The translations under genes and the position numbers were made by a program. A stretch of DNA of 64,000 nucleotides from assembly GCA_016931055.1 (NCBI GenBank), contig JAFGFL010000055.1, positions 5,773 to 69,772 on the forward strand, in the 5' to 3' direction. Shown here in pieces: positions 18,529 through 27,363 of this stretch. The DNA is from Candidatus Omnitrophota bacterium. GTDB taxonomy: Bacteria; Omnitrophota; Gorgyraeia; Zapsychrales; Zapsychraceae. Under the pieces are notes generated by a model that was not told the origin of the DNA, made no database searches, and saw nothing but the letters and a program-made list of their open reading frames with translations. Numbering within the stretch: the first letter of the stretch is position 1; each line of letters starts with the position of its first letter.

Positions 18529-19269
18529 CTAATTCTGAAACGATATCAATAGGTTGAAGGTGAATTCCGGATAGTCAAAGCCTTCCGGGAACGGGGGAAA
18601 CGGATTCGATTCTTTAATGCTCCTTAAAGCAACTTCCCGCAGATAGGCATTAGCAGAGGTTTTTTCCTCAATGATCCTTACGCCTTTCAGCATTCCTTCC
18701 GAAGCCAACACAAACGTCAAATAAACTTCACCAGCCTGAAAATCCGGATGATTCACGTACGCATAGGCCCTTCGTTTAATATTACGGCTGATGGCATCGC
18801 GCATATCCTCGTTGTATGTCAGATACTTGGGATTGGTGATTTTCTCCGTACTTAAAGGAGGAAGGGTGATTTTCTTCTCTAAATCCAATGTCGTAATTTT
18901 CTGGGATTTTTTCATGCTTTCCCGCAACTGCCCTGTCAGTTTGGAAATATCCTTGATTTGATCCCCGATCGCAGAAAACAAGTTCCCCTTTTTATCGAGG
19001 ACCTTAATGGGCTGGTCTTCTTTGGACTTTAAATCCTTTAAAACCTTAAGGTCTTCAAATGTTGTTTCGTTCTTTTTGTCGCTTTGTGATTTCAAATCCT
19101 GGTAGGTCACTTCAATCGCCTTAAACGGCTTGTATAAGGTGTGGATTTTCGGTAAAGGTAACGAAAATAAGGCTATCGTGACAGCGTGAGCCAAAAAGGA
19201 CAGTGCGATGCCGACAGCAAACAAATTCTTATCCATCAAACGATCCTGTTTAAAAGTGTGTCCGTCCAT
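18529..19269 (-). CDS. TonB C-terminal domain protein (energy-transducer-like)
   Basis: N-terminal TM anchor. The C-terminal GEVYLTFVLASEGMLKGVRIIEEKTSANAYLREVALRSIKESNPFPPFP is a TonB_C-like fold signature. Confidence 0.65.
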   Translation of the reverse strand: MDGHTFKQDRLMDKNLFAVGIALSFLAHAVTIALFSLPLPKIHTLYKPFKAIEVTYQDLKSQSDKKNETTFEDLKVLKDLKSKEDQPIKVLDKKGNLFSAIGDQIKDISKLTGQLRESMKKSQKITTLDLEKKITLPPLSTEKITNPKYLTYNEDMRDAISRNIKRRAYAYVNHPDFQAGEVYLTFVLASEGMLKGVRIIEEKTSANAYLREVALRSIKESNPFPPFPEGFDYPEFTFNLLISFQN

Positions 19270-19448
19270 AGGCGCCGATCGAGGGAATAAAAGAGAAATT
19301 ACGCACAGGTATTTCTATCAACAATATTTGGATCTAGGAACAAATTTCAACGCCATGCCCTTGAAAGTCGCCCTCATCTGTGATGACACGTAGCAATCTG
19401 TCCCTCTATCATTTTATTTGTTAAACGCTCTAAATCCATATATTTTTT

Positions 19449-20120
19449 TCATCTCTTCAAAGAGCAAATTTCTTTCATAAAATAGACAAAAAATCGAATT
19501 GTGTCTTTAAAAGGATTGATCATGCTCTTTTCATCACGATAGATTGACTTAACGGGCACATTAAACACCTTAAACCCTTTTTTGCAGGCTTGCATCAAGA
19601 TTTCGGTCTCGATCTCGAAGTCCCGGGATACCAGATCAATCTGTTTCAATATGCCGCAATGGATATAACGGAAACCGCATTGCGTATCTGCAATCCGTTG
19701 TCGGCACACCAAAGAAATAAGCCATGACATAAACCGGTTCGTGCATAATCGCACAAAAGGCATGCCTTTGGGATCGATCATGCGGTTGCCGACAATCACG
19801 CTCACTTTATTCTTTTGTGCCTGAGCGAGGAACCGGTCAATCCCGTTGACATCATGCTGCCCATCGCCATCCATCGTCACCACAGCTTCGTAGCCGTGTT
19901 TAAGGGCATATTGGAATCCCTCGCGCAAAGAATATCCCTTGCCTTTTTTATCGATATGGTTAAGGACGCAAGCACCTTTTTCCCGGGAAATCGCGCCCGT
20001 TTCGTCTTGCGAGCCATCATCAATGACCACAACATCAAAATTCTTCTTTAATAAAGATTCAACCAGATACCCTATCGTGCAGGCTTCATTATGGGCAGGG
20101 ATAATAACGCAAATATTCAT
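19449..20120 (-). CDS. Glycosyltransferase family 2 (soluble, 223 aa)
   Basis: ICVIIPAHNE...VVVIDDGSQDET...MDGDGQHD: GT-A fold with the DxD motif. Confidence 0.85.
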   Translation of the reverse strand: MNICVIIPAHNEACTIGYLVESLLKKNFDVVVIDDGSQDETGAISREKGACVLNHIDKKGKGYSLREGFQYALKHGYEAVVTMDGDGQHDVNGIDRFLAQAQKNKVSVIVGNRMIDPKGMPFVRLCTNRFMSWLISLVCRQRIADTQCGFRYIHCGILKQIDLVSRDFEIETEILMQACKKGFKVFNVPVKSIYRDEKSMINPFKDTIRFFVYFMKEICSLKR

Positions 20121-20980
20121 TTGACAGCGAACTCCCTAAATAACAGCCACTGGGATGGATATGCCCGGATCTTTTCTTCAATAACCGACAAATATCGTCG
20201 CATGAGGGCTTCCATCATTTCAGGTTTTATTTCTGTATGAATCCCTTTGGGGGGATAAATAGGTTCACAACAGGAAAGCGCGAATGACGCATCCGTTTGG
20301 CGGATACAGAACATCGGCAGAATCGGCGCTTCCGTACTTAAGGAAAGGATCGCTGGGCCTTTCGGGACGATCATTTTGTGTCCCAAAAAATTCATGGTCA
20401 GGCCATTTTTCCCAAAATCACGGTCTGCAACCAAGGCCACGAGTTTATTATTTTTTAACTGTTCAATGCACTGTCGCATGGCCCCGTGCGTTGGGATAAT
20501 CGTTACGCCTTTGTGCTCTCGTTGATCATTGAAAAGATCGTTCACCGGCCTTTCTTTATGCGGCAATGCGACGGCTATAAGCGGGTAGCCCAACACGTTC
20601 AGGAAGGCCCCGCCCAATTCCCAATTGCCGATATGGGCGGTCACAATGATCCCTCCCTTTCCTTCCTTAAGGACTTTGTCTAAATGATCTATCCCTTGGG
20701 CCGTCACATTCTTCTTGACAAATTGTTCATCGACCATTTCCTTCATCTGAAAGAATTCAATGAGGTATCTTCCGAAGTTGCGAAAGACTTCCCTGGCTAA
20801 GGGAGATATATTCTTGACAGAGGGCAATATGTTCCTGAGGTTATTTTTAACAGCCCGTCGGTCACGGAAGGAAAAGTAATATTGAGTGCCGGAGATAAAC
20901 GCCGCAAGCTTATAGGATATTGCACGCGGCAGATGATGCAGAAGAAACAAGCCGAATTTATACAATATGTACTTAAACAT
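20117..20980 (-). CDS. LpxL/HtrB-like lysophospholipid (lipid A-type) acyltransferase
   Basis: 287 aa. N-terminal TM, then GGIIVTAHIGNWELGG (the HxGNWE catalytic motif of the lauroyl/myristoyl acyltransferase family). Confidence 0.8.
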   Translation of the reverse strand: MFKYILYKFGLFLLHHLPRAISYKLAAFISGTQYYFSFRDRRAVKNNLRNILPSVKNISPLAREVFRNFGRYLIEFFQMKEMVDEQFVKKNVTAQGIDHLDKVLKEGKGGIIVTAHIGNWELGGAFLNVLGYPLIAVALPHKERPVNDLFNDQREHKGVTIIPTHGAMRQCIEQLKNNKLVALVADRDFGKNGLTMNFLGHKMIVPKGPAILSLSTEAPILPMFCIRQTDASFALSCCEPIYPPKGIHTEIKPEMMEALMRRYLSVIEEKIRAYPSQWLLFREFAVK

Positions 20981-20987
20981 GGCTTTC

Positions 20988-22160
20988 TTAAGGAAGATCC
21001 AAGCTGTTGTTCATCAACACGGGATTTTTCGTGTGTTCCAAGATCAGTTTCGCTATATCCAAAGCAGCATGCGGTTTTGCGTTTTCATAAGCGGCCTTGC
21101 TCATGAGGGCCAGCCGTTCCGGAGACTTTAGCAATAATTCGATTTCCTCACCGATATCGCTGGTGTCGTCAATCCGTATCCCAATGCCTTTTTTGATCAG
21201 AAAGTCCGTATTGCGCATTTCCTGTCCCGGGATCGGGTCGATAATCACCATGGGCAGCCCCTTCGCCAGACATTCCGCCGTTGTGATCCCCCCGGGTTTC
21301 GTGATAATCACACTCGCAACTTCCATCAGTTCATCGACATTCGTCGCGAACTCATAAATCAAGATTTTTTTGCTGGATTTCTTCGTATAACGCCTTAAAC
21401 TCTTGATGATTTTTTTATTCACGCCGGCCAGGACAATCATCTGAAAATCCATCTTCACCTTAATCAGCGACTTGACCGTGGCCTTAATGGGCCCTAACCC
21501 CTGCCCTCCGCCCATAATGACAATGGTCGGAATGTCAGGATCCAGCCCCAGTTTTTCCGCGATCGGCTTCCGGTCTAATTGGCTTGAGAATTTCAAACGC
21601 ATCGGGATCCCGTAAACCTTGATCGCGTCGGGCGAAATGCCCTTCGTGATGAAACGTTCCTTGGCCTCGACGGAAGGAACAACATAATAATCGACCCCTT
21701 CATTAATCCAGAATGAGTGAGGAGAAAAATCCGTTAACACCCCCACAATGATCGTTTTTAAATGGTTGGCTCTTTTATAATGAGCGACCATGCCGCAAGG
21801 AAAAGCTTGGGTGCAGACCACAACGTCGGGATTATACCGATGGAACAATTTAGCGACCTTCTCATAACTGGTCTTATGAAGAAAATTCTTTATGGACTCG
21901 GTCTTCTTGACGATTTTGGGATTATCATACATATAGTCCCAGACGATCGGCGTTCTTTTAATGACGCTCAGATAGGCCCTGTTGACAACCTTCTCTAAAA
22001 TAGGATAAGTATACACAAAGCCATTAACCATCGGGGCCTCAATCGTAGGATCAAGCTCCTTTAACGAACGTTGAATGGCAACCGTGGCCTGCCGATGCCC
22101 GGAAACTTTCGTGATATACATCAGCAAAACACGGTTCTTTTTTTGTCTCTCTTCATCCAT
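20988..22160 (-). CDS. MGDG-synthase-like / GT28 diacylglycerol glycosyltransferase
   Basis: N-terminal SGHRQA motif region (MGDG_synth-like). C-terminal KPGGITTAECLAKGLPMVI...PGQE..N (GT28 C-terminal domain). Confidence 0.8.
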   Translation of the reverse strand: MDEERQKKNRVLLMYITKVSGHRQATVAIQRSLKELDPTIEAPMVNGFVYTYPILEKVVNRAYLSVIKRTPIVWDYMYDNPKIVKKTESIKNFLHKTSYEKVAKLFHRYNPDVVVCTQAFPCGMVAHYKRANHLKTIIVGVLTDFSPHSFWINEGVDYYVVPSVEAKERFITKGISPDAIKVYGIPMRLKFSSQLDRKPIAEKLGLDPDIPTIVIMGGGQGLGPIKATVKSLIKVKMDFQMIVLAGVNKKIIKSLRRYTKKSSKKILIYEFATNVDELMEVASVIITKPGGITTAECLAKGLPMVIIDPIPGQEMRNTDFLIKKGIGIRIDDTSDIGEEIELLLKSPERLALMSKAAYENAKPHAALDIAKLILEHTKNPVLMNNSLDLP

Positions 22161-22174
22161 CTGATTTTTCCCTG

Positions 22175-22417
22175 TTAGAGATTAAGCGGTTCAATGACCG
22201 CCAAGACTTCTCCGATGCTTACTTCTTGGCCTTTGCCCACACAGATTTCCCTGATGATACCGGAAACATCCGCAGAAACATTGAACGTGGCTTTATCGGT
22301 CACCAACTCGACAAGATCATCATCCCCTGCTACCCGTTCACCGACATTCACATGCCAACAGGCCACCAAAGCTTTTTCGATTCCCTCACCTAATTCCGGG
22401 AGAATAACATTCTTCAT
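22175..22417 (-). CDS. Stand-alone lipoyl (biotinyl/lipoyl attachment) domain protein
   Basis: 80 aa. LPELGEGIEKALVACWHVNVGERV..DDDLVELVTDKATFNVSADVSGII is an E2-type lipoyl domain with the TDKA lipoyl-lysine and no catalytic domain. Confidence 0.85.
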   Translation of the reverse strand: MKNVILPELGEGIEKALVACWHVNVGERVAGDDDLVELVTDKATFNVSADVSGIIREICVGKGQEVSIGEVLAVIEPLNL

Positions 22418-22418
22418 T

Positions 22419-23078
22419 TTAATCCGACGCCTCTTCCAAATAAAAATTCCTGAAGAAACACTTGATGGTCCTTCTCTTGACCTCCTCCATAGAAATTGTT
22501 TCCTGTTTAATCTCAGAAAGGGAAGTCATTTCAATATCAAGCCCGCAAGGTTTGATGATCGAAAATAGACTTAAATCCATGTTCACATTGACAGCCAGTC
22601 CGTGAAACGAAACCCACTTACGCACCCCGATACCAATAGAAGCGATCTTCTTCTTGCCGATCCAAACGCCTGTCCGCCCGAAAATTCTATCAGCCACTAT
22701 ATCAAAACTTTCCAGCAAATCAATGGCAACTTGCTCTAATTGCCTAAGATAGTTGTGAATATCCCTGCCGAAATAAGCCAAATTTAAGATCGGATATATG
22801 ACGAGCTGCCCTGGCGCATGTAAAGTGACATCTCCACCCCGGTCGACATGATGAACGCCTATTCCCCGCTTCATCAGACCCTTTTCATCCACAAAAATAT
22901 TGCTCTCGTTTGTCATCCGCCCCAGAGTCAAAACAGCCGGATGCTCACATAACAGCAAGGCCTGGACACTGCCGTTCAACAACCGATCGACATACTGTTT
23001 CTGCTGAACATAGACTTGCTCGTAATCCATCAGCCCAAGATCTTTAACGCAACATGCCGTTTTTTCCTGAATAATCAT
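22419..23078 (-). CDS. lipB: Octanoyltransferase (lipoyl(octanoyl) transferase)
   Basis: 219 aa. LLCEHPAVLTLGR..., VDRGGDVTLHAPGQLV.YP, K.ASIG...R.WVSFHG.A.NV. Confidence 0.92.
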   Translation of the reverse strand: MIIQEKTACCVKDLGLMDYEQVYVQQKQYVDRLLNGSVQALLLCEHPAVLTLGRMTNESNIFVDEKGLMKRGIGVHHVDRGGDVTLHAPGQLVIYPILNLAYFGRDIHNYLRQLEQVAIDLLESFDIVADRIFGRTGVWIGKKKIASIGIGVRKWVSFHGLAVNVNMDLSLFSIIKPCGLDIEMTSLSEIKQETISMEEVKRRTIKCFFRNFYLEEASD

Positions 23079-23107
23079 CAGACCAGCCTCATCTCCCCCT
23101 CTATTTA

Positions 23108-23150
23108 TACAAAACCCCGAACCATTTAAATCAGGAATGGAACGGGGTTC
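23108..23150 (-). terminator. Rho-independent terminator downstream of the IDH-family gene
   Basis: Transcript strand AACCCCG-UUCCAUUCCUGAUUUAAAUGGUU-CGGGGUU, followed by UUGUAUAAAU. The outer 7-bp stem is 23143-23149/23113-23119, with an inner CCAU/AUGG pairing. It lies in one of the few real intergenic gaps (97 nt). Confidence 0.6.
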
Positions 23151-23175
23151 GTCTCATCACGGGCCGATACAGGAC

Positions 23176-24393
23176 CTATTTAAGACCATAAACTTCGGTT
23201 TCCCAACGGGATTTCAGACCGGGATGATCGACCCATGACAGCACATAATTTGTATATTCCTCTCCCGTCACTCCAGTATCCCTTCCGGTAATGACCATCT
23301 TTTTTTCAAACTGACCGCAGACTTCCAGAGCCATCTCGACTTTTGCAGCAAGCTCCTTGTAACCGATATGCCGCAACAGCATCGCACCCGCACGGATCAT
23401 AGAACAGGGATCGGCATATTGCGCCCGCCCCTCTTTAACCATGCGCGGCGCGCTGCCGTGAATCGCCTCAAACATGGCCCAGCGGTTGCCGATGTTCGCA
23501 CTGCCCGCCGTTCCAACTCCCCCTTGGAGTTGAGCCGCCTCATCCGTCAGAATATCGCCGTAAAGATTGGGCAGCACGATCACTTTAAAATCTTTCCTTC
23601 GGATTGGATCAAGAAGTTTCGCCGTCATAATATCGATATACCATTCATCCAGCTTGATCATCGGGTACTCTTTTGCCAACCGAAAAGCAACCTGCGAAAA
23701 ACGGCCATCCGTTGTCTTAATCACGTTGGATTTTGTAACGACGGTCACCCGGGTAATTTGGTTGGCCTTCGCATATTCAAAGGCCATGCGAATGATCCGC
23801 TCGGCGCCTTGCTCGGTGCCCACCGTAAAATCAATGCTTAAATCATCGGAAACATTAATGCCCTTTGACCCAAGCACATATGCGCCCTCGGTATTTTCAC
23901 GGAAGAAACACCAGTCTATGCCCTCCCTTGGGATTTTCACGGGGCGGACATTGGCAAAAAGATCCAGATGCCGCCGCATGGCGACATTGGCGCTCTCAAT
24001 GTTCGGCCATTGATCACCTGCCTGCGGCGTGGTCGTCGGCCCTTTTAAAATCACATGGCAGGATTTAATCTGCTTAAGGACATCATCCGGAATGGCCTTT
24101 TGATGTTTGACCCTATTTTCGATTGTCAAACCAGCAATATCTTTAAACCGGATCTTTCCCGCGGCAACTTCATCTTTTAAGACATGCTCCAGGACATGCC
24201 GGGCATGTTTTGAGATAACTTCGCCGATGCCGTCGCCGAAACAAACACCCACGATCATCGGGCTGATCTTGGAATACTCAACGGCCGTGCTGCCCTTTTT
24301 CATCTGCTCAACACGTTGCAGTTGTTCCTCAACAATGATCCCGAATTTCTCTTTTGCCTGTTCGATCAACTTTTTCGGCATCGCGAACTCCAT
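23176..24393 (-). CDS. Isocitrate/isopropylmalate dehydrogenase family protein (probably NAD(P)-isocitrate dehydrogenase)
   Basis: 405 aa. GDGIG.E, RP, NLYGDILTDEAAQLQGGVGTAGSANIG. Substrate cannot be fixed from sequence alone. Confidence 0.8.
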   Translation of the reverse strand: MEFAMPKKLIEQAKEKFGIIVEEQLQRVEQMKKGSTAVEYSKISPMIVGVCFGDGIGEVISKHARHVLEHVLKDEVAAGKIRFKDIAGLTIENRVKHQKAIPDDVLKQIKSCHVILKGPTTTPQAGDQWPNIESANVAMRRHLDLFANVRPVKIPREGIDWCFFRENTEGAYVLGSKGINVSDDLSIDFTVGTEQGAERIIRMAFEYAKANQITRVTVVTKSNVIKTTDGRFSQVAFRLAKEYPMIKLDEWYIDIMTAKLLDPIRRKDFKVIVLPNLYGDILTDEAAQLQGGVGTAGSANIGNRWAMFEAIHGSAPRMVKEGRAQYADPCSMIRAGAMLLRHIGYKELAAKVEMALEVCGQFEKKMVITGRDTGVTGEEYTNYVLSWVDHPGLKSRWETEVYGLK

Positions 24394-24410
24394 TCAAGAG
24401 GCGCATTTCT

Positions 24411-25469
24411 TTATTTCTCATTAAGCAACTGCTCAAATTCCTCTACGTTCTTGACTTGAGAAAGAGCATCTTCGTATGTGATGATCCCTTCTTCATACAA
24501 CAGCTTCAAGGACATGTCCATCGTATGCATGCCATATTGGACTCCCGTCTGAATGGACGTCGGGATTTGCTCGACTGACCGTTCACGGATGAGGTTTCTG
24601 ATAGCCGGGGTTACCACTAATATTTCTGATGCCAATACCCGGCCTTGGCCGCTGGCCCGCGGCAACAAGATCTGTGAAGCGACCCCCTGCAAACAAGCGG
24701 ACAACTGCAGACGGACCTGTTGTTGCTGATGGGCCGGAAAGACATCGATGATACGCTCGATGGTCTGAGGCGCATCAGGGGTGTGCAGCGTCGCCAATAC
24801 CAAGTGACCGGTTTCGGCTGCCGTCAGTGCCGTCGAAATCGTCTCCAGGTCGCGCATTTCTCCGACCACGATAACATCTGGATCCTGCCTCAGGCACCTC
24901 TTGAGGGCCTCCGCAAAGGAAAGCGTGTCACTGTAGACTTCCCTTTGTTTAATGACCGCTTTTTTGTTCTTATGGACATATTCAATCGGGTCCTCAATGC
25001 ACATAATCATGCAGGCGCGCTCCTGGTTAATAACCTCGATCATAGAGGCTAAGGTGGTTGTCTTTCCTGAACCAGTCGGCCCCGTGATCAACACAAGCCC
25101 GCTGGGTCGACGGGCAAAATCAATGATCGCAGGAGGCAATCCAAGGTCGTGGATGGAAGGGACATATTGGGGGATCCTCCGGAATGCCGCCTCCACAGAA
25201 CCTTTCTGGATATGGACATTGACCCGGAAGCGCTCCAATCCTTCCAGCGCCAGAGAAAAATCCAGTTCTTTATCTCGCTCGAATTTTTCCTTCTGGAGAT
25301 CCGTCAGAACGGCGTAAATAGTTTTCTTCAGCTCGTCTTTCACCAACGGCTTCTGATTGGTCAGCACCAGTTTTCCATCGATGCGCAATACAGGCGGGCT
25401 GTTTTCCGTCAGGTGCAGATCGGACGCTTTTTGTTGAATAGAAAGCTTGAGTTGTTCTTTAAGATCCAC
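24411..25469 (-). CDS. pilT: Type IV pilus retraction ATPase PilT family
   Basis: 352 aa. ASDLHL, Walker A GPTGSGKTTTLA, DPIEY, GEMRD, TGHLV..TLHT: the PilT/GspE ATPase signature, at PilT length. Confidence 0.88.
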   Translation of the reverse strand: MDLKEQLKLSIQQKASDLHLTENSPPVLRIDGKLVLTNQKPLVKDELKKTIYAVLTDLQKEKFERDKELDFSLALEGLERFRVNVHIQKGSVEAAFRRIPQYVPSIHDLGLPPAIIDFARRPSGLVLITGPTGSGKTTTLASMIEVINQERACMIMCIEDPIEYVHKNKKAVIKQREVYSDTLSFAEALKRCLRQDPDVIVVGEMRDLETISTALTAAETGHLVLATLHTPDAPQTIERIIDVFPAHQQQQVRLQLSACLQGVASQILLPRASGQGRVLASEILVVTPAIRNLIRERSVEQIPTSIQTGVQYGMHTMDMSLKLLYEEGIITYEDALSQVKNVEEFEQLLNEK

Positions 25470-25500
25470 TTTGGCCTCCCTTTAATAGCGCTACAAAGAA

Positions 25501-26685
25501 TTATTTTGTTGAATGTTGTTTAATCCATTCGGCTATCCGCCTTGTTCCTTCCTGAATCCTCTCCCTTGAAGTCGCAAAGCTCAAACGTATGAACCCCGGC
25601 GCCCCAAAACTATCCCCGGAAATGACCGCGACATTAACGTCATCCAGGATCTGCTTGGCAATCCTCTCTGAAACACCTAATTTGGAGACATCGCAAAAGA
25701 GGTAAAAAGCGCCCTCGGGTTTAATATAACTCACTTCGGGGATCCGGTCAAATGCCGATGTTATAAGGTCTCTGCGCCGTTTGAACTCTTCTCTCATTTC
25801 AATAATGATCTCTTCAGGCTCGTTGAGAGCCTGCAAAGCCGCCATCTGGCTGATCGAGGCCGGATTGGAAGTGGAATGATCCTGCAGTTTATTGACATAC
25901 CCCATGATCTCTTCGGGGCCGGCAGCATAACCGATCCGCCATCCCGTCATGGAATAGGCCTTCGAAACGCCGTTGACGGTGATGGTCAGATCATAGACCT
26001 CTTTGCCCAAAGAAGCAAAGGATGTGTATTGATCGGTATCATAAATGAGCTTTTCATAAATCTCATCGCTGATCACGAAAATGCCATTCTTCACGCAGAC
26101 CTCAGCGATCAACTCCAGCTCATTCTTCGAATACAACATTCCCGTTGGATTCGACGGCGAATTGAGGATCAGCAGTTTGGTTTTATCGGTAATGTTCTTG
26201 GAAAGCTGACTAGCTGTGATCTTAAAATGGGTCTTGGCGGAAGTCGGAAGGATATTAATCGTCGCGCCGGCAAGCTTGACCATTTCCGGATAACTGACCC
26301 AATAGGGAGATGGGAGAAGGACTTCCTCGCCCTCGTCGGCTAAAACCTGGATGATATTATAAATCGAATGTTTCGCCCCGCAGGAAACAACGATCTGCGA
26401 AGGCGAATATTCCAATTGATTATCTCTTTTGAATTTGGCGGCTATGGCTTTACGTAACTCAACGGTACCGGTACTCGGCGTATATTTCGTAAAACCATTC
26501 TCGATCGCCCGGATGGCAGCCGCTTTGATGGCAGGGGGAGTATCGAAATCGGGTTCCCCAGCAGCAAAATTGACGACATCGATGCCTTTAGATTTGAGTT
26601 CCTTGGCTTTTGCCGTGATCGCCAAAGTCGAAGAACCAACAACCGTTGCGACACGGCTGTTAATCTTTAAGGGCAATGTTTGCAA
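25501..26685 (-). CDS. Class I pyridoxal-phosphate aminotransferase (aspartate aminotransferase-like)
   Basis: 394 aa. GEPDFDTP, NSPSNPTG, SDEIYE, VSKAYSMTGWRIGY (PLP lysine motif SKxxxMTGWR). Confidence 0.88.
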   Translation of the reverse strand: MQTLPLKINSRVATVVGSSTLAITAKAKELKSKGIDVVNFAAGEPDFDTPPAIKAAAIRAIENGFTKYTPSTGTVELRKAIAAKFKRDNQLEYSPSQIVVSCGAKHSIYNIIQVLADEGEEVLLPSPYWVSYPEMVKLAGATINILPTSAKTHFKITASQLSKNITDKTKLLILNSPSNPTGMLYSKNELELIAEVCVKNGIFVISDEIYEKLIYDTDQYTSFASLGKEVYDLTITVNGVSKAYSMTGWRIGYAAGPEEIMGYVNKLQDHSTSNPASISQMAALQALNEPEEIIIEMREEFKRRRDLITSAFDRIPEVSYIKPEGAFYLFCDVSKLGVSERIAKQILDDVNVAVISGDSFGAPGFIRLSFATSRERIQEGTRRIAEWIKQHSTK

Positions 26686-26720
26686 TTTCCACCCTCCAAA
26701 ACAACATGGCTCGTATGAAA

Positions 26721-27344
26721 CTATTTTCCTGAGGACTTCCGATTAAATATCTTCCTGATGCCTGAAAACCTGCTCCCGCGTTTTTCCTTATCGGCGCCGG
26801 GGGCTGTCTGTTTCGGTTTGACAATATCCTTTTTCGATACTTGGTCTTTGATGTCTTTTTCGACATTATCCTTGACGGGTGTCTTCGTTGCTGGTTTTGG
26901 CATCTCGGCTGTGGGAGGAACAGCTTCTACAACTTTATCTTTTTTCTTAGGAGCTGCCTTTGACTTTGGTTTGCTGACAACGATTTGTTCCCTCTCGGTA
27001 AGTTCAAGAAATGCCAACCTGGCATTATCCCCACGTCGGTTCCCAAGAGGGATGATCCTGGTGTATCCCCCGACCCGGTTCTTGAAACGAGGCGAGGTCT
27101 TTAAAAACAGATTGCTGACGAGTTGATGGTCGCACAAAATCGCGAAAGCGCGGCGTTTATCGGCAAGGGTCCCTCTTTTGCCCAACGTGATAAGCTTATC
27201 GACCAATTTTCGGGCCTCTTTCGCTTTCGCCTGAGTGGTGCAAATCCTTTCTTTGACCAAAGTCGCTTTAGCGATATCCCGGACCATGGCCTTACGAGCG
27301 CTTGAATTCCTGTTTAATTTATTTCCAGCGATTCTGTGTCTCAT
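26721..27344 (-). CDS. rplQ: 50S ribosomal protein L17 with ~85-aa Lys-rich C-terminal extension
   Basis: MRHRIAGNKLNRNSSARKAM...GGYTRIIPLGNRRGDNA..A.LEL is the L17 core (~120 aa). It is followed by a low-complexity K/P/A/E tail. Confidence 0.95.
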   Translation of the reverse strand: MRHRIAGNKLNRNSSARKAMVRDIAKATLVKERICTTQAKAKEARKLVDKLITLGKRGTLADKRRAFAILCDHQLVSNLFLKTSPRFKNRVGGYTRIIPLGNRRGDNARLAFLELTEREQIVVSKPKSKAAPKKKDKVVEAVPPTAEMPKPATKTPVKDNVEKDIKDQVSKKDIVKPKQTAPGADKEKRGSRFSGIRKIFNRKSSGK

Positions 27345-27363
27345 AGCGTTCCTTTATGACCCC

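Noticed and set aside
19270-19448. The 179-nt gap between the GT2 gene and the TonB-like gene, examined for an sRNA, riboswitch or small ORF (track ORF 19208..19393 +).
   Set aside because: Only short 5-bp stems are present, with no convincing promoter/terminator pair, and the plus-strand ORF overlaps the TonB-like start in antisense. Most simply it is an ordinary promoter-containing spacer.
23079-23112. A possible promoter for lipB (TATAAA/TATAAAT just downstream of the terminator hairpin).
   Set aside because: A -10-like TATAAAT is present, but I could not find a credible -35 at 16-18 nt (best is TTTAAA/ATTTAA inside the terminator loop). This is too weak to report as a feature.
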